From assembly GCA_043228905.1 (NCBI GenBank), contig JBHGNT010000001.1, forward strand, positions 33,356,001 through 33,420,000: a stretch of 64,000 bases of DNA, given 5' to 3'. The position numbers and the translations under genes are program-made. This document shows positions 13,054-26,289 of the stretch, one piece after another (positions within the stretch are counted from its first letter, which is position 1; each line of letters starts with the position of its first letter). The notes beneath the pieces are model-generated. The model saw nothing but the letters and a program-made list of their open reading frames with translations, did not search any database and was not told the DNA's origin. This DNA is from Azolla caroliniana. Taxonomy: Eukaryota > Plantae > Polypodiophyta.

Positions 13054-14223
13054 TATCGACTTAGTGGTTTAATGGCAAGTGCTTCACTGCTTTGTAAGAA
13101 ATCATTCTAGTTTCCCTTTAGTCTGCTTTGCACAAGAAGAAAGATATTTGTAGGTTTAGATGAAGAATAGAAAATGATAGATTTTCTTTCTAGGTCATTG
13201 TAAATAAGTAGATTTATACTTTTTTACAAATTATCATTTACATACCAACGGCCAAGTGATCCCATGGATCACTATGCAAACATGCTATAGGTATGTACAT
13301 TGATGTTTTACAGTATTATTGGAGTGACAAGTGGAATGATTTTTTAATAACATAGAATGAGAGATTGGGTTTTTTGGGGAAAGGAATCACAAACTATTCA
13401 TCAATGTGATTGTGTGCGAAATGTTGATGATATGAGGGAAATGATACTACGACTCTATAAATCATTGGCTTGGTTTCCACCTTACGTGTTTCATGCTCTT
13501 TTATTTTAGAGTTCACCGTGTGTCTACACGAAAGCTGACTTCTTAGCTTGTGCTTGCTTCAAGGACACCCAAATTGTTTTTAATAAGTCGTAGGCAGTTC
13601 TAGGTCCATGGGTTCTAGATTATGCAAATTTGGATCGATTGTGACATAACAGATAATTATTTGTGACGTTATCTTTAGTTTATCTCATGGGTTGATGGTA
13701 AAGGCTCGATTACCTTTCACCCAATTGACTTCAATGAAACAAGATTTAATACTTAAATCGACATTGATACCATTAAATCAAGATTATGACACTCTAATAA
13801 AAAATCAGAGATTTAACTACTTAAATTACTCAACATGGGCATTGCTACTCCCACCTTAGAGAACATTAAAAAGTTATAATGTGTAGAGCTTGGAAATATT
13901 AAATAGTAGCGTTTGCAGCATTTTAAGAGACACAAGTCAAAAGGCTCCATGCGATGTTATGGAAATGAGGGAACATCTCTTTTAAAAAAAATTGTGATCG
14001 TGTGATGTCTTTCACTGTCTTTAGTTAAAAAAATCCATGCTCATGTTGTGTCATGGGGTTAAAACATGAGGTTTGCTTGAAAGATATTATTATCTTCAAA
14101 TGTCTAGTTTTTCTTTGCCCTACGATTATTTTCTCAATGTTAAAATTCTCCAATCATGCACAAGTTGGATGTTTGACATGTAAACCCAATTCACCCTTTT
14201 TTAAGATCCCTAGTCACTGTATG

Positions 14224-14733
14224 TAAGCTCACCACCTACTTATAACGTGTTCAATAGGAGAGATAGAGAGTACAATAGCCTTTCTAGAAACTTAAGATAT
14301 AATTAGAGTGTTATGACACCATTTACGCCACCTTTGAATTGTAGACTTGTAGATTGGAATTTGGTACTACTCATATGATCTAAACATAATGTTAAGAGAA
14401 TAGTGTTGTACAGTTGAGAAAAGTGAAAAAACAACATAATAAAATACTTTGATATGGAGATGAATGAACATGCATGTTGTTTTCACCAATGAATTCTCAA
14501 AATTTAAGTTGATAATGACTTAAACATATTCTAGAAGCGTAAATTCAATGAATGAAAAGAGAGTCACAAGTGAATATGAGTTGAATGCAATCTACCCAAA
14601 CATCAAATAGTGCGTATTAGTTGACAATTGATATTATTAAACCTTGCGAGATATAATATTATCAACAACACTACAATTTAGATGATCTATTCACGAGCAA
14701 TAGGAGTGTCCATTTAAGTAGGTGGTGAGCTTA
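14224..14733. mobile_element. MITE-like non-autonomous TIR element (~510 bp)
   Basis: Perfect 19-bp inverted repeat TAAGCTCACCACCTACTTA (14224-14242) / TAAGTAGGTGGTGAGCTTA (14715-14733). The outer TA may be the target duplication. The interior is AT-rich and non-coding. Confidence 0.7.
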
Positions 14734-17332
14734 TACTAGAACTTGGACTCTTTATACTCACACTAAGCATTAATAATTTATAATAGAACTTGTCCTTAGA
14801 GCCTCTAGTCAGAGATTGTCCATATAGGGACCATGCTTATCTAAAGCCTCTTTGGTGTCTCTTTCCACCTCTTGTTAGGCATCAATCAACTCCCTGTACG
14901 CTACCTTGCAACATATCACTATAGATGTTGGTAATGTTGTAAGTTCATCAATTTGCTTTTATTCTTGAACTATAAATGACTCATAATGTTTGCATGCTAA
15001 TATCCAATCTTTTGGGTGTATTTTGCATTTGATTTGTTTGTTGATCCAAGCTAGAATGCTTGGTGGTATTACTAGAACATTTCGTGGATCCATGCAATTG
15101 GGTTTTTGAGTGATGATGATATTTGAATTGGCATCACGGATAATTTTTTAATTATGTTTTGACTTTCTACTTAAGTGGTATCCTTTTCTTTGTTAATAAA
15201 GGAATAACATGGACTACACTAGCTATACCCTTTTGTGTTATTGGGTGTGTTGTTTTTTCTTGTTGGGTTACCAATCCTTCATATTTTATTCAACTAGATC
15301 TTTCCCTATGGACTTTTCTCCTTGCTTGTTTCACTTTGGTTCTCTGATTTGTGAGGTATTTCTTAATTTTTGTTGGGTGCGTCTATATCATAATCCTCTT
15401 TGTCATCCTTGTAGATATGTGTCCACTATCAATAAACACATTTGTACGTTTCTTAATCATTATATGTTAATGTGCTTCTTACTAATAGCGTTTTCCATTG
15501 CTTTGTTGCATAAGATTCAAAAAGTTGTCTTTTTATACCACATTAGTATTAAGAAACACCCTAAGGTTTTATATGATATATATACATATAGTTAATGACC
15601 CCCAAGCTAAGTTCTAATTATTGGCTTAAATAAAATACTTCAGTATAAATTCAAACCAATCCACCCATAAAATATTCATTTGTTCCATATGGCATGAATT
15701 GCAATCGTTACAACTCCTTCTGTTATGTATTACCTTTTATGTTATCCAAAGAATCTATGAGATTATGCACAATCTTTGTCCAAATCCTATAAAGTATTTG
15801 GGCAAGTCTTTTGGTCACGTTTTGGAATACCTTCAAACATATGGCCTCTCAAATATACCAAATTGTGATACTACTTATACCTAAGTGTTAAGTGACTTAA
15901 TCTAAGATTTGTACCAATCCTCTTATATTAAAGTCATTAATGATTGACTAATCAAAACATAGTTATTCCTTTTATGTACTTTCTTGTCTCAATTTAAGTG
16001 ATTGATTATGTCTTTGGGTTGAGTGAGCAAGCTTCTTAGTCGAGTTCAACATAGTGAGATGAAGCTCTCTTAAGTGATATATTATGGTTGCTAAAAAGTT
16101 GGCAATGATTGAAAACAACTCCAACTTGTGTCATAAAACTAGAGGTAATTGAAGATTCGATCCCGCATTATAACCATTGTGAGGAGATAAAACTTTGGCC
16201 GAGAAAGGACATGGGTTCAGTGTAATGTACTTAGAGCATAAATGATGATTTGGCATCATGGCAAGGGATGTTACCCATCACTTGATGTGATGGGTGAGCT
16301 TTTTGTAAGCTCCTAGGGTAAGGGATCATAATAGTAAAACATTAAGAAGTACGCATGAAAGAAAAAAAAATGTTGAGAACAACGCAACATCCCCGCTCAA
16401 GAGTTGAATCGATAGGTGGACACCTTAGTGGCTAAGAAATAATTGGCACCTATCTCTTTTTGCATCATTGGCAATAAAATAGACACTAGTCTAATCCTTT
16501 ATCATCGAGGATTCCCAAGTCTAATTCCTTTGAATTGACTCCATCTCCTCTTCATGACGAGGAACCATTTTGCTATATCTTCAAACTTCACAACTCCTTG
16601 GTGGAAGAGTGTTCTCCAACATCCATCAACATCACATTGTCCTTGCTTGGAATGAACCCATTAGATGTGATTGTTATCTTGACCTTCAAAGTACTTTTTG
16701 GAGTGCAAGCTCTTCATAACTTGGTGTATCATTTCCTTAGATCTTTATATGCACTCATTTTACCTCGTAAAGATCCTTCGCAATATGAGATGTACTTTTT
16801 CTGCATGTAGTGATATGATGCAACTTGTTAGTTTTCTCTTCAATTTTTTTGAAACCTTCTTCATTTAGCTTTGGTTTGATTGACTAATTCATGTTCACTT
16901 TCTCAACACAACATGGTCCTAATTATTCAACACAACCTACCAATATGCGGTACTTAATCACAAAAGATTTAACTCGACTAGATGAATTGTTTAGGCATGC
17001 AACAACTTATACGAAATATTTAATCCCATAAATTCCTTGGCATGATATCATGTGTCATATCCTTACTCCTCAAGCACACATCAATCATGCTTTCAAAGGT
17101 TAATTGCAAAGATATTTCGGCATGCCTATTATCCATTGGTCTCCCCTCACAATCTATTGTCTCTTGCTATGTTCTTCCTCCACATCTTCATTCTCATGAT
17201 CCATATCTTATTTGCAATTCCCTATTGATTCATCTGTAACCCCTTACCTATTTGTTCTTCCTTTAGCTCAACAATCAACTTGTCTTAACTTTTGCTTTAT
17301 CATAAAAATCACGACATGTTAGACAAAGCAAA

Positions 17333-18180
17333 TTATGTGGGTGTCATGCCTACCATAAAATACAAAAGCATTGTGCATATCCCAATTATGACACAATCCT
17401 CAAATTTTGGGAAATAACAAACAATCTCCGTCTTTGATTTCGGGTTAACTTGTGTGAATTGTACGAACACCCATTGTCTTAGCGACAAATAACAATGTAA
17501 CAAAACTTGCCAATTTTGAGAAATGTAATACCACAAAGCGATGAGCAATCAGACATTTACTTCTACTCGAACAATGTGAAAGAAGCAATTCCGTGTAGCT
17601 ACTTCACATTGCTTTAGAGCTAATCCCAGAGGCAAACCCCCAATCAATGCTCTCCATATGAGGACCTTTGATACAGTGGAATTAGAATGCAACTGTAGAG
17701 TATTCCAAGATATGCCACTGTCCATAATCAAAGTTATGTACCTTCCATTCTTGTTCAACTTAGATGATAACCATTGAAGAGACTCAATGGAGCAATGGTA
17801 TAAGAGATTGGTCGTCACTTGTAAAAATGGCGTTTGATCTCGTAAAAGGAAATCATTCCACAACGTTATATGTTTGCCTCTCTTCCTCCAAACCAGGCTA
17901 TGTTGTTGCATTAGCCACTCTGCACATGATTCATGTATAGCGGTAGCATTTCGTACTTTCGAGATCCCCAAATGTGTCACACGAGATTGAGAGATGAGGG
18001 AAAGGGTAGGATTCCATCCGTAACGGATTACGGTGTCGAAATTGGAAAGTCGGCAGTGCGCTACAAATTGTGATGACAAGATTTCTGTATTTGAATGTCT
18101 TGATGTTCCAATGGGTGTGCATCGGAATGGGTACGAAAATACGAGTTAAGGGTGATTGATGGTCAGGACCGATCAAAGAA
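17333..18180 (-). mobile_element. Degenerate LINE (L1-like) ORF2 3' fragment, zf-RVT region
   Basis: YGWNP and KVLIWRALIGGLPLGLALK..C.F resemble the zf-RVT region of plant L1 elements. The frames are broken. Confidence 0.6.
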
Positions 18181-18367
18181 GCCGATAATGGGATATAAGT
18201 TAGTTGTAATCCTACTGCTAGTTGATTTGCTCACAGATGTATGTATAGAAATGATATGAAATCTCCTTTCCCTTTCCCTTATCTAAATGCCAACCCAAAA
18301 GAGAGCACCCACCCTCATTTGTTTGTTAATAATGCCTTCTCCCCAACTAAATAAGGCCTTCTTGGAC

Positions 18368-18397
<30 letters not shown>

Positions 18398-18398
<1 letters not shown>

Positions 18399-21300
18399 TG
18401 GCTTTCCTCTGTTCTTCTTCCTTACACTCACGCCCTAAATCTTCTCCTTGGCTTGGCCCTAATTCATTGCTTGTGCAGCAATCTTCATCCCCTCATCATC
18501 GTCAGAAGCAGCAGAAACAACATCACCTCAGTCCCTATCCTGCTCTGTTCTCATCGACCCGATTAACCCTGTCTTCTTCCCCGATGATCAACATTACCAA
18601 ATCATCTTCACGATCTTATAAGGTACGCATCACTGCATCTCTGTTTATATTATTTCTCTCTCTCTCTCTCTCTCTATATATACACATATGAGATGGGGCG
18701 GCGGGTCTTTGGTGAGGTAAGTATTGGAAGGTTTTCTCTCTTCATAATTTTGTTTTTCTTTATTTTGATGCATTTATATCTAACAAAATATGCCTTTGAT
18801 CAAAAATTTTGGTCAGCCCAAGTGGCATGCTTTATCAAAAGATGACGACGAAGTTTCGGACTCTGAATCACTTGTTACTTCCTCTAAGATATCTGAAGAG
18901 TCTTTCAGCTGGACCGCTGCAATTCTTCCGTATGAAACTTCTTCTTCTTTTCCATCATCTGATACACGATACTCATTTAGATTAAGATATAAACAAAACT
19001 TTCAGGTTCTTTTTTCCGGCTGTCGGCGGTGCATTGTTTGGATACGATATTGGGGCCACATCTGGGGCTTTAATCTCATTGACGGTAAACCCTTACTATT
19101 TCTATATCAATTTGGATATAATCAAATATTTAGTTTCATAAATATCAGTTTTGACCACCTAATGAGAGATCAATCATAGTTAATATAATTAATGTACTGA
19201 TCAAAATCATAGCATACTATTCAATAGGACATTTACATCTATTTGGACATATCTATGCATATAAAGGCACATAAATAACTTAGATTGCTAATCATGTCTT
19301 TTGTAACCCGCAATAATGGATGTCAATTCTGAATAGTTTGTAATATCAGTGTAAAATCTCTCACCTCACTCTCTTTAGGATGACAGTCTGCTGATTTGAG
19401 TGGAATTCCATGGTACAACTTAAGTTCCATTGAGATGGGGCTTGTGGTGAGTTCTTTTTCCTACTACATTTTTGTGCTCCATATTAGATGACTAGCCACA
19501 GAAAGTGTGATGTCGCAATGTGGTGTCTCACTGTGATGATTATATCTTTTAATGTTTCAGGTGAGTGGATCTCTTTATGGGGCCTTGATTGGCTCTATAT
19601 TAGCCTTCAATATATCAGACTCCTTAGGTTCATTCATATATTTTTATAATAAAAATTTGCTCATAACCTGCTCATTATTAATATCTCCATCAGGCAAGGA
19701 CTAATCCATATGGTTTTTATGTTTTTGTTCTAGGTCGGCGCAAAGAGTTGCTAACAGCAGCATCATTGTATATTATCGGAGCTTTGAGCACGTCTTTAGC
19801 CCCTAGCTTCATACTTCTTTTAGTTGGAAGACTTATATATGGTCTTGGAATTGGTTTGGTACGTCTTTTTGTTCAATGGGAATTTTTTTTTCCATGTTCG
19901 ATATTAAGTTTTAAACCTTTTACTTGTCTTTGGGAATTATTTGAAAATAGGCAATGCATGGGGCACCTTTATACATTGCTGAGACCTCACCTTCCCAAAT
20001 TCGTGGAACTCTAGTGTCATTGAAAGAAGCTTTCATTGTGCTAGGCATACTTGTAAGTTGAAGTGTTGCATTTTTTCATTTTTTGTCATAACTTCAGATC
20101 AAATGGCTATACTGCCATATCTTTTGATTAGCTTGGCTATCTTGTAGGGAATGCTGAGATAGGTACAATAGGAGGTTGGCGTGTAATGTATGGGTGTGCA
20201 GTTCCAGCAGCTTTGTTGATGGGTTTGGGTATGTGGTGGCTTCCACCATCGCCACGTTGGCTTTTACTCCGTGGTGTCCAAGGGAAGGAACCCTTGGAAA
20301 TAGCCAAAAGAAATGCGGTACAAGCTTTGTATAAGCTGCGAAAAGGTATTGCAAGTAGCAAGGTGGTGGAAATGCAAGTGGACAAGACACTTGACTCATT
20401 GCAGTCATCTGATGCAAAAGAGGAGCCAAAATTCTCAGAAGTTTTTGAAGGTGGCAGTTTGAAGGCTCTTAAAGTTGGTGCTGGACTTGTTTTCTTCCAG
20501 CAGGTATAGTGATGGATGATATATGAAATTTCCTATTGCATTTATCTTTATGGCGGCAACATTTTGAAGTACAGAAAATTTGGGCTAATATTTCGAATTT
20601 AAGAAAAAATTGAGGGTCTTTGTCTAGTATTACTTTTAATTCATCAGTGAATTTCTTAAAATAATGTAAATAGTGTTTCTCCATTGCCAGACATACTTGG
20701 TATTGAAATTTCTTTAAAGAGATCCTTCTTGGGATACAGGTAACTGGACAACCGAGTGTGCTTTATTATGCAGCATCAATTCTTCAGGTGAATCAAACAT
20801 GTGCATCATGTCATATATTCTTTTTGTGGATTCTTTGCTATGAAAAATTTAAAGAAGAATGTACTAAATTTCCTTTTCCTTTTACAAGAATAGAGTGCAG
20901 GCTTTTCTGCAGCTGCAGATGCCACTCGTGTTGCAATCATTATTGGCGTCTTTAAGGTGATAAAAATACAGGAAAAATAAATGAAAAAATAAAATGGAAA
21001 AAGAGAAATGTTGGGTTGATGTTTTGGAGGTCTAGTTTTAATGGGGATTTTTTCTATGAAAAAGAATTCATAAGGTAACAAAATTAGGGTTTAGGATTAT
21101 GCTTGGATACATCTACTTTTGGGATCTCTTGATAACTGGTTTTGGTTTGCTGCAATGTTCTATTCTTGCATATTGTTTTTTTCAATCATACTAAACAATT
21201 CTCATCTGAACATATTGATTGCACTTGATGATTCTAAAACTAGGTCATTTGTATGTAAAATTGATCAAAAAGAATTTGAATCTGTTTTGGGTGGCACAGT

Positions 21301-22281
21301 TGCTTATGACAGCGATTGCAGTTTTTAAGGTTGATGACTTGGGAAGAAGGCCATTGCTAATCACTGGTGTCAGTGGTCTCGTAAGTTTTGTTCAGTATTT
21401 GCAATATAAAAATTTAAGTTTTCATTACGGTTTATTGTTATAAAATCATAAATTCTGCTGTTTCTATTATATCTTAGACTATTCTTGAAGAGTTTAACGT
21501 GAGGGATGAAGGATAAATCTTGATTTTGGACTGAATGTATCTGATTGTCACACAGGTGCTTTCTCTTTTCCTTCTTGGAACATACTATTCAGTGGGCCAA
21601 GGATATTCTATATTGGCTGTTATCTCTCTTCTCGTCTATGTCAGCTGCTATCAGGTGAATATGTAGTACCAATTATAATTTGCAGCTGTTTCTGTAGGAA
21701 ATTCGTGGTTGCTGATGTGTGTGTATTATGGATGTATCTCTGAGATGTTTATGGGTTAAAAATTAAGAGAGGAAGGAGCAATTGTATGTGTTACAACTCA
21801 AAGTGGTGACACCAATCTTCCGACTTTCTGCTATATAGGTTTCTTTTGGACCAATCTCATGGTTGATGGTGTCAGAAATTTTCCCTTTACGAACGAGAGG
21901 TCGTGCATTAAGTGTAGCCGTCCTTATCAACTTTGCTTCAAATGCTCTTGTTACGTTCGCCTTTGCTCCCATCCAGGTAGAGCGTTCTACCATGGTGTTT
22001 ATGATTAATGAAACATAATTTAAAGCTCAAAATCTTTTCAAGACAGTATCGCTTTCATAATGATGAGGATAAGAAAACATAGAACTAAACTTAACTTTTT
22101 ATAAGAGAGGGTAACTTCATGATGTTATGCATTTGAATGACAGGATCTCTTGGGTGCAGCATGGACATTCTTTGGTTTTGGTATCATTGGTGTCATTGCA
22201 CTTTTGTTCATAGTATTTTTCGTCCCAGAAACCAAGGGGCTAAGCTTGGAAGAAATAGAAGCCAAGATTTCAAAGCTTTAG
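18398..22281 (+). CDS. MFS sugar transporter, VGT / D-xylose-proton symporter-like family, with probable plastid transit peptide (pSuT-like); 14 exons
   Basis: Ser-rich N-terminus MAFLCSSSLH. All introns join in frame as GT-AG and give FSWTAAILPFFFPAVGGALFGYDIGATSGA, GRRKEL, PLYIAETSPSQIRG, PPSPRWL, FFQQVTGQPSVLYYA, DDLGRRPLL, SFGPISWLMVSEIFPLRTRGR and PETKGLSLEEIE. Confidence 0.95.
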
Positions 22282-23071
22282 AACGTTTGTCTTAGCTAAT
22301 TAATATGCAGATACGCATATTGACATAATGTGAATGTGAATTGTGAAGATGTTTTCACTTTGTGCTGTTTATCTGAACATATCAGGACATGTAAATCTCT
22401 TCATAAAAGTATTTCTGAGAAGGAAAATTCAAGCATATAGTTTTCATCAATCATCAATTTAATAAGCCACTCTTCCATACAAAGCTCAATCGAAATCGCT
22501 TCTCCACAGATTGTTCCAAATGTACTCGGTGTTGATGTATGAATAAGCAGCATTGGCTCAAATGTATCAAATTTGTATAAATTGCTTGAGTAGATCATCA
22601 GTATGATTAATTCATCTAAATTTGCCTGTTTCTTAGCCTGTTTATGATATTAGTAATGTGTGAGTGAGTTAATATAATGTCATTCTGCAATGATATAAAC
22701 CTTTGATGTATGCGTCACATCCTGGATCCTCCTATTTAGAATTATAAAGAGCTTAGACTCTCATATAGAAATAATATGATCTATTACAGAAATATTCTGA
22801 GTGGATTTTATGTATGTTCTTAAATGACATAATCTGCATATTCTCTTGAGAAAGGGTTCAAGAATGGCACAAGTTTAACAAATGGTAAATGGGTATATAT
22901 TTATCCTGGTTTTGAAGAAGTAAGATCTATATTGTGATGAAGAATCAGTTGGATGAATATGAAGCGTCTGAAGGCTTGGATGATTGAAGATCAAACCAGT
23001 GAATGGACAAGTAGGTAGCCAAAAATTAGGATGCGTGGGCACAAAGTGAGTTTTGATCTAGGTACTACACA

Positions 23072-23131
23072 AGGCACAAAAGTAAGTTTTGACCTAGACC
23101 CAGGCACAAAAGTAAGTTTTGACCTAGACCC
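23072..23131. repeat. 30-bp tandem duplication
   Basis: AGGCACAAAAGTAAGTTTTGACCTAGACCC twice, with a degenerate copy just upstream. Confidence 0.85.
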
Positions 23132-24054
23132 ATTAGGAATATCATAGATCATGCTTTAGCATGTAATGCATTGTTAATATATTGTTAACCTACAAACAAA
23201 ATGCTACTATTTGAAGAGAAGTAGTAAAATCAGATCGAATAGGGAAATTTGTATCGACGAAACTTCAAAGGTATGAGAGTTCTTAGCTAGGTCTTGAACC
23301 CATGTGGTATTTTCTTGTTTGAAGTCCATAAAATTTCATCAGCAATTAAGGCAATATCGGTTACCATCCATACACGGTTACATGTTTTTAAGATACACGA
23401 CGATTTTTCTTATTTAACGACGACTAATTTTTTCTTTGACACAAGTTAAGCTTTATGCTTTGGCAAGCTAACAAATGATCATTTATAATTAGCTATCCTA
23501 GATGTCATGCTAATAATTGATCTCAAGCTTACTTGCAAGGGAAGGTTTCATGTTTATGAACTCTAAAGGAGGGTTGACAAAACTTGAGTCAGCCATCCAA
23601 TCTCTTGTAGTACAAAGACTTTTTATTGCGGCGGGAAAGTTTTCTTTAGTAATGGTCTCACTTCCCTCTACATGTGCCATGAAATAATAGCCAAAAGCAC
23701 TACAAATGCATAGGAATTGAATAGAAACTTAATGCACATTACGTAGTAATGTCTGAAATTTCTTCTCCCTCCCCTCCCAATCAATAGTTTCCAACCGAGA
23801 GAACATTCGGCAAACGGTTTCAACGAACGCGTATACGTTTTTCGCAGCATACACACAATTCAAAATTATTGGGCTTGAATGGAGCATATATATTGACAAC
23901 CTATGGCATTATAGACACCATTGGGTTCGTGACATTGTTCTCCACACAAGGGTGACAAAACGATTTCTCGTGTTGTCAACAATCGAAGTTTGTTGGGTGG
24001 GGGGTTCAAAGCGGAAGTGAGGTTGGAGATAATAAATTTAGGAGGATAGGAAGG

Positions 24055-25701
24055 ATGGAGCCGGGTGGAAGGGACACGATCGATGTGGAGCGAGGATCGT
24101 CACGAGACAGTGGCCCGAGGATGAGGACGGGGCATGCGGGGCGCTTGTACGAGGCGAGAGACGATGTCGTGGGCAGCTACGAGGAGAGGTTGGAGATAGC
24201 GAAATGGGCGGCACGCATCGTGGGCGGGGCGTACGCATTCTCACGGTTCCTCGCATGTTGCGACCTCACGTGGGCATCGGTCGTGCTACTTGGGGGGTTT
24301 GTCTCGTTCCTGAAGCCGAGGGACTTCGAGTGGGTGACAGTGCTCCTCCTATTCGAGGCGGCGAGGCTGTGGTTCGCGGCATTCTTCAGCGGGTTGCTGA
24401 CGCGGGGCCTAACGACGCATAGGCCGAGCCGGCTGACCGAGCTCGGGTCCACCCGATTGTCCGCGGTGGCGGCCAATGCGGCCGAGGGGGGAAATGACAT
24501 TGGCATTGGCCTTGGCCTAGGGACCCCCGACCCGCGGCTCGGCCGCACGCTCTTCACACGCATCGTCTCACTCAGCTTGCAAGTCATGCTGATCGTGCTG
24601 TCCATGCTCATCTCGATGAACCTCACGCGCCACTCGCCGGCCGCGTACCGGAAGATGAATGCGCCCAACCTCTGGTTGGCGGTGGAGATCTTCTACGTCC
24701 TCAGCCTCTTCAATTGCTTCGTGGCGCTCATCGCGGTGGTGTCCTACATCCTGGCTTTCTGCCTCCTCAACTGGCCGGACCACAGCCTGGTCTGCTACTT
24801 CGACAATGTGCTGGAGAACATCCTGATCAACGGCAGGAGCCTGGTGGACGCCGACCGCTTCTCGTTCGCGGACTTCGGGTACAAGCTGGTGGCCAGGGAG
24901 CTTGGGCGGAACATGAGCCCGCCCATGCTGGCCGCCCATTACAAGCGCATGTTGGAGTATCTGTTCGCCGTCCGCCAAGGGGAGGACCATTTGCTCATCT
25001 ATTTGGAGTACCCGGAAGCTTTGGTCCAGCAGGCCGCAGCTAGCATGCTGGGCTTCTGGGTGTCCCACCCCCACGACATGGGCCTCGAGGTTTCACACCT
25101 CGTCCGCAATCTGCCCGAGCGCCTCGTGATGAAGCTCGTCCACAAGTTCGGCTCGGGCCAGGTAGGCTGGGCCGCCGCTGACACTATCCATGCCCTCGCG
25201 AAGAACGCCCCGCACCTCATCCTCGACCACGGCACCATCGTCCCCGACGCCATCGCCGATGCCATCAACCCCGCATCCTCCCGCTCCCTCGTGTTTGTCA
25301 GGACCCTCGTGTTCCTCGTACACAGCCAGGTCGCGGACCGCGATAACCCACCGTGCTGCCTGCCCGCCTGCCCGCCCCTCGACCGCGTCTTTGATGCCCC
25401 CCACCTCGCCTCCCTCCAAGAGAAGCTCCACAAGATCGTCGTGTCGTCGTGTGTCCACCCTCGGTTAAGGGCCGTGTCTGCGTATCTTCTCCTCCTGTTG
25501 AACTCCTCTCTCCTCCCGCACCTAGAATCGATCGTCCGACAACGTATCGACACGACACAAGGATATTGGTACGCGTCCGAAGTCGACATGCTCGATACGC
25601 TCCACTCCTATTTCAGTCCTACGCCAGAAGATATACCGCTACCATGCGAAATACGAACCGACACGATACTCCAACGCCCTCGATGGACACAAAATCTTTG
25701 A
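24055..25701 (+). CDS. BLE2-like multi-pass membrane / ARM-repeat superfamily protein (548 aa, intronless)
   Basis: Long ORF with strong G/C bias at third codon positions. TWASVVLLGGF...DFEWVTVLLLFEAARL matches from memory the N-terminal motif of plant BLE2/ARM-superfamily proteins (TWATVVLLGGF...DFW...EAAR). About four TM segments are followed by Leu/Ala-rich helices. Confidence 0.75.
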   Translation: MEPGGRDTIDVERGSSRDSGPRMRTGHAGRLYEARDDVVGSYEERLEIAKWAARIVGGAYAFSRFLACCDLTWASVVLLGGFVSFLKPRDFEWVTVLLLFEAARLWFAAFFSGLLTRGLTTHRPSRLTELGSTRLSAVAANAAEGGNDIGIGLGLGTPDPRLGRTLFTRIVSLSLQVMLIVLSMLISMNLTRHSPAAYRKMNAPNLWLAVEIFYVLSLFNCFVALIAVVSYILAFCLLNWPDHSLVCYFDNVLENILINGRSLVDADRFSFADFGYKLVARELGRNMSPPMLAAHYKRMLEYLFAVRQGEDHLLIYLEYPEALVQQAAASMLGFWVSHPHDMGLEVSHLVRNLPERLVMKLVHKFGSGQVGWAAADTIHALAKNAPHLILDHGTIVPDAIADAINPASSRSLVFVRTLVFLVHSQVADRDNPPCCLPACPPLDRVFDAPHLASLQEKLHKIVVSSCVHPRLRAVSAYLLLLLNSSLLPHLESIVRQRIDTTQGYWYASEVDMLDTLHSYFSPTPEDIPLPCEIRTDTILQRPRWTQNL

Positions 25702-26289
25702 CACCTCGATGTGAAATACGTGTTCCGACACACTACTAGTCCAACACCGTCGATGGACCACACAAAAACCTTTGATGCCTCCCTCAATGCGGAAGGAACA
25801 TGTCCAATGAATTATATATGTACATCTCTTGTAGTTTTGCCTATAGGAAAGGTGATGGAAATGCCAGACCATAAATCTCAAGGGGCGTTTTCATTCATTT
25901 GTCTCTTTCATTACATTACAAGCATTGCTTGCACACAATAAACAACTATGCATGTAAATATGCGATTAACGCACCTACAACCATGTTATTTTTTCATTAG
26001 AATTGCCAAAGGCAAATAATAAATCCATCAGAATATATTAATATCGCAATGTACACATATTAGTGTTCCACCTTGCTCTACGCATACCCAAGGAAAAGAA
26101 ATGAAACATATCATTATATTCTATATTGGTTTCTATCCCTTGAAGGTATAGAAGACAATGATGGTTTAGCTTGATTCCAATACATTGTTGGTTTCCATCC
26201 CTCATAGGGATAGAAGACAATGATGGATTAGCTTGGTTTGTTTGTTTTTAGGTATTTTGGGGTACAAAGCATTTCTTGCTAATAGTCTC

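Noticed and set aside
15550-17270. Possible LTR retrotransposon remnant (PPT-like TTGAGCGGGGA then TGTTG on the minus strand near 16390); similar decayed DNA at 35900-36960
   Set aside because: No paired LTRs or readable gag/pol motifs, so it cannot be delimited.
24038-25881. Many alternative-frame and antisense ORFs over the 548-aa gene
   Set aside because: Expected from stop-codon scarcity in very GC-rich coding DNA; no motifs.
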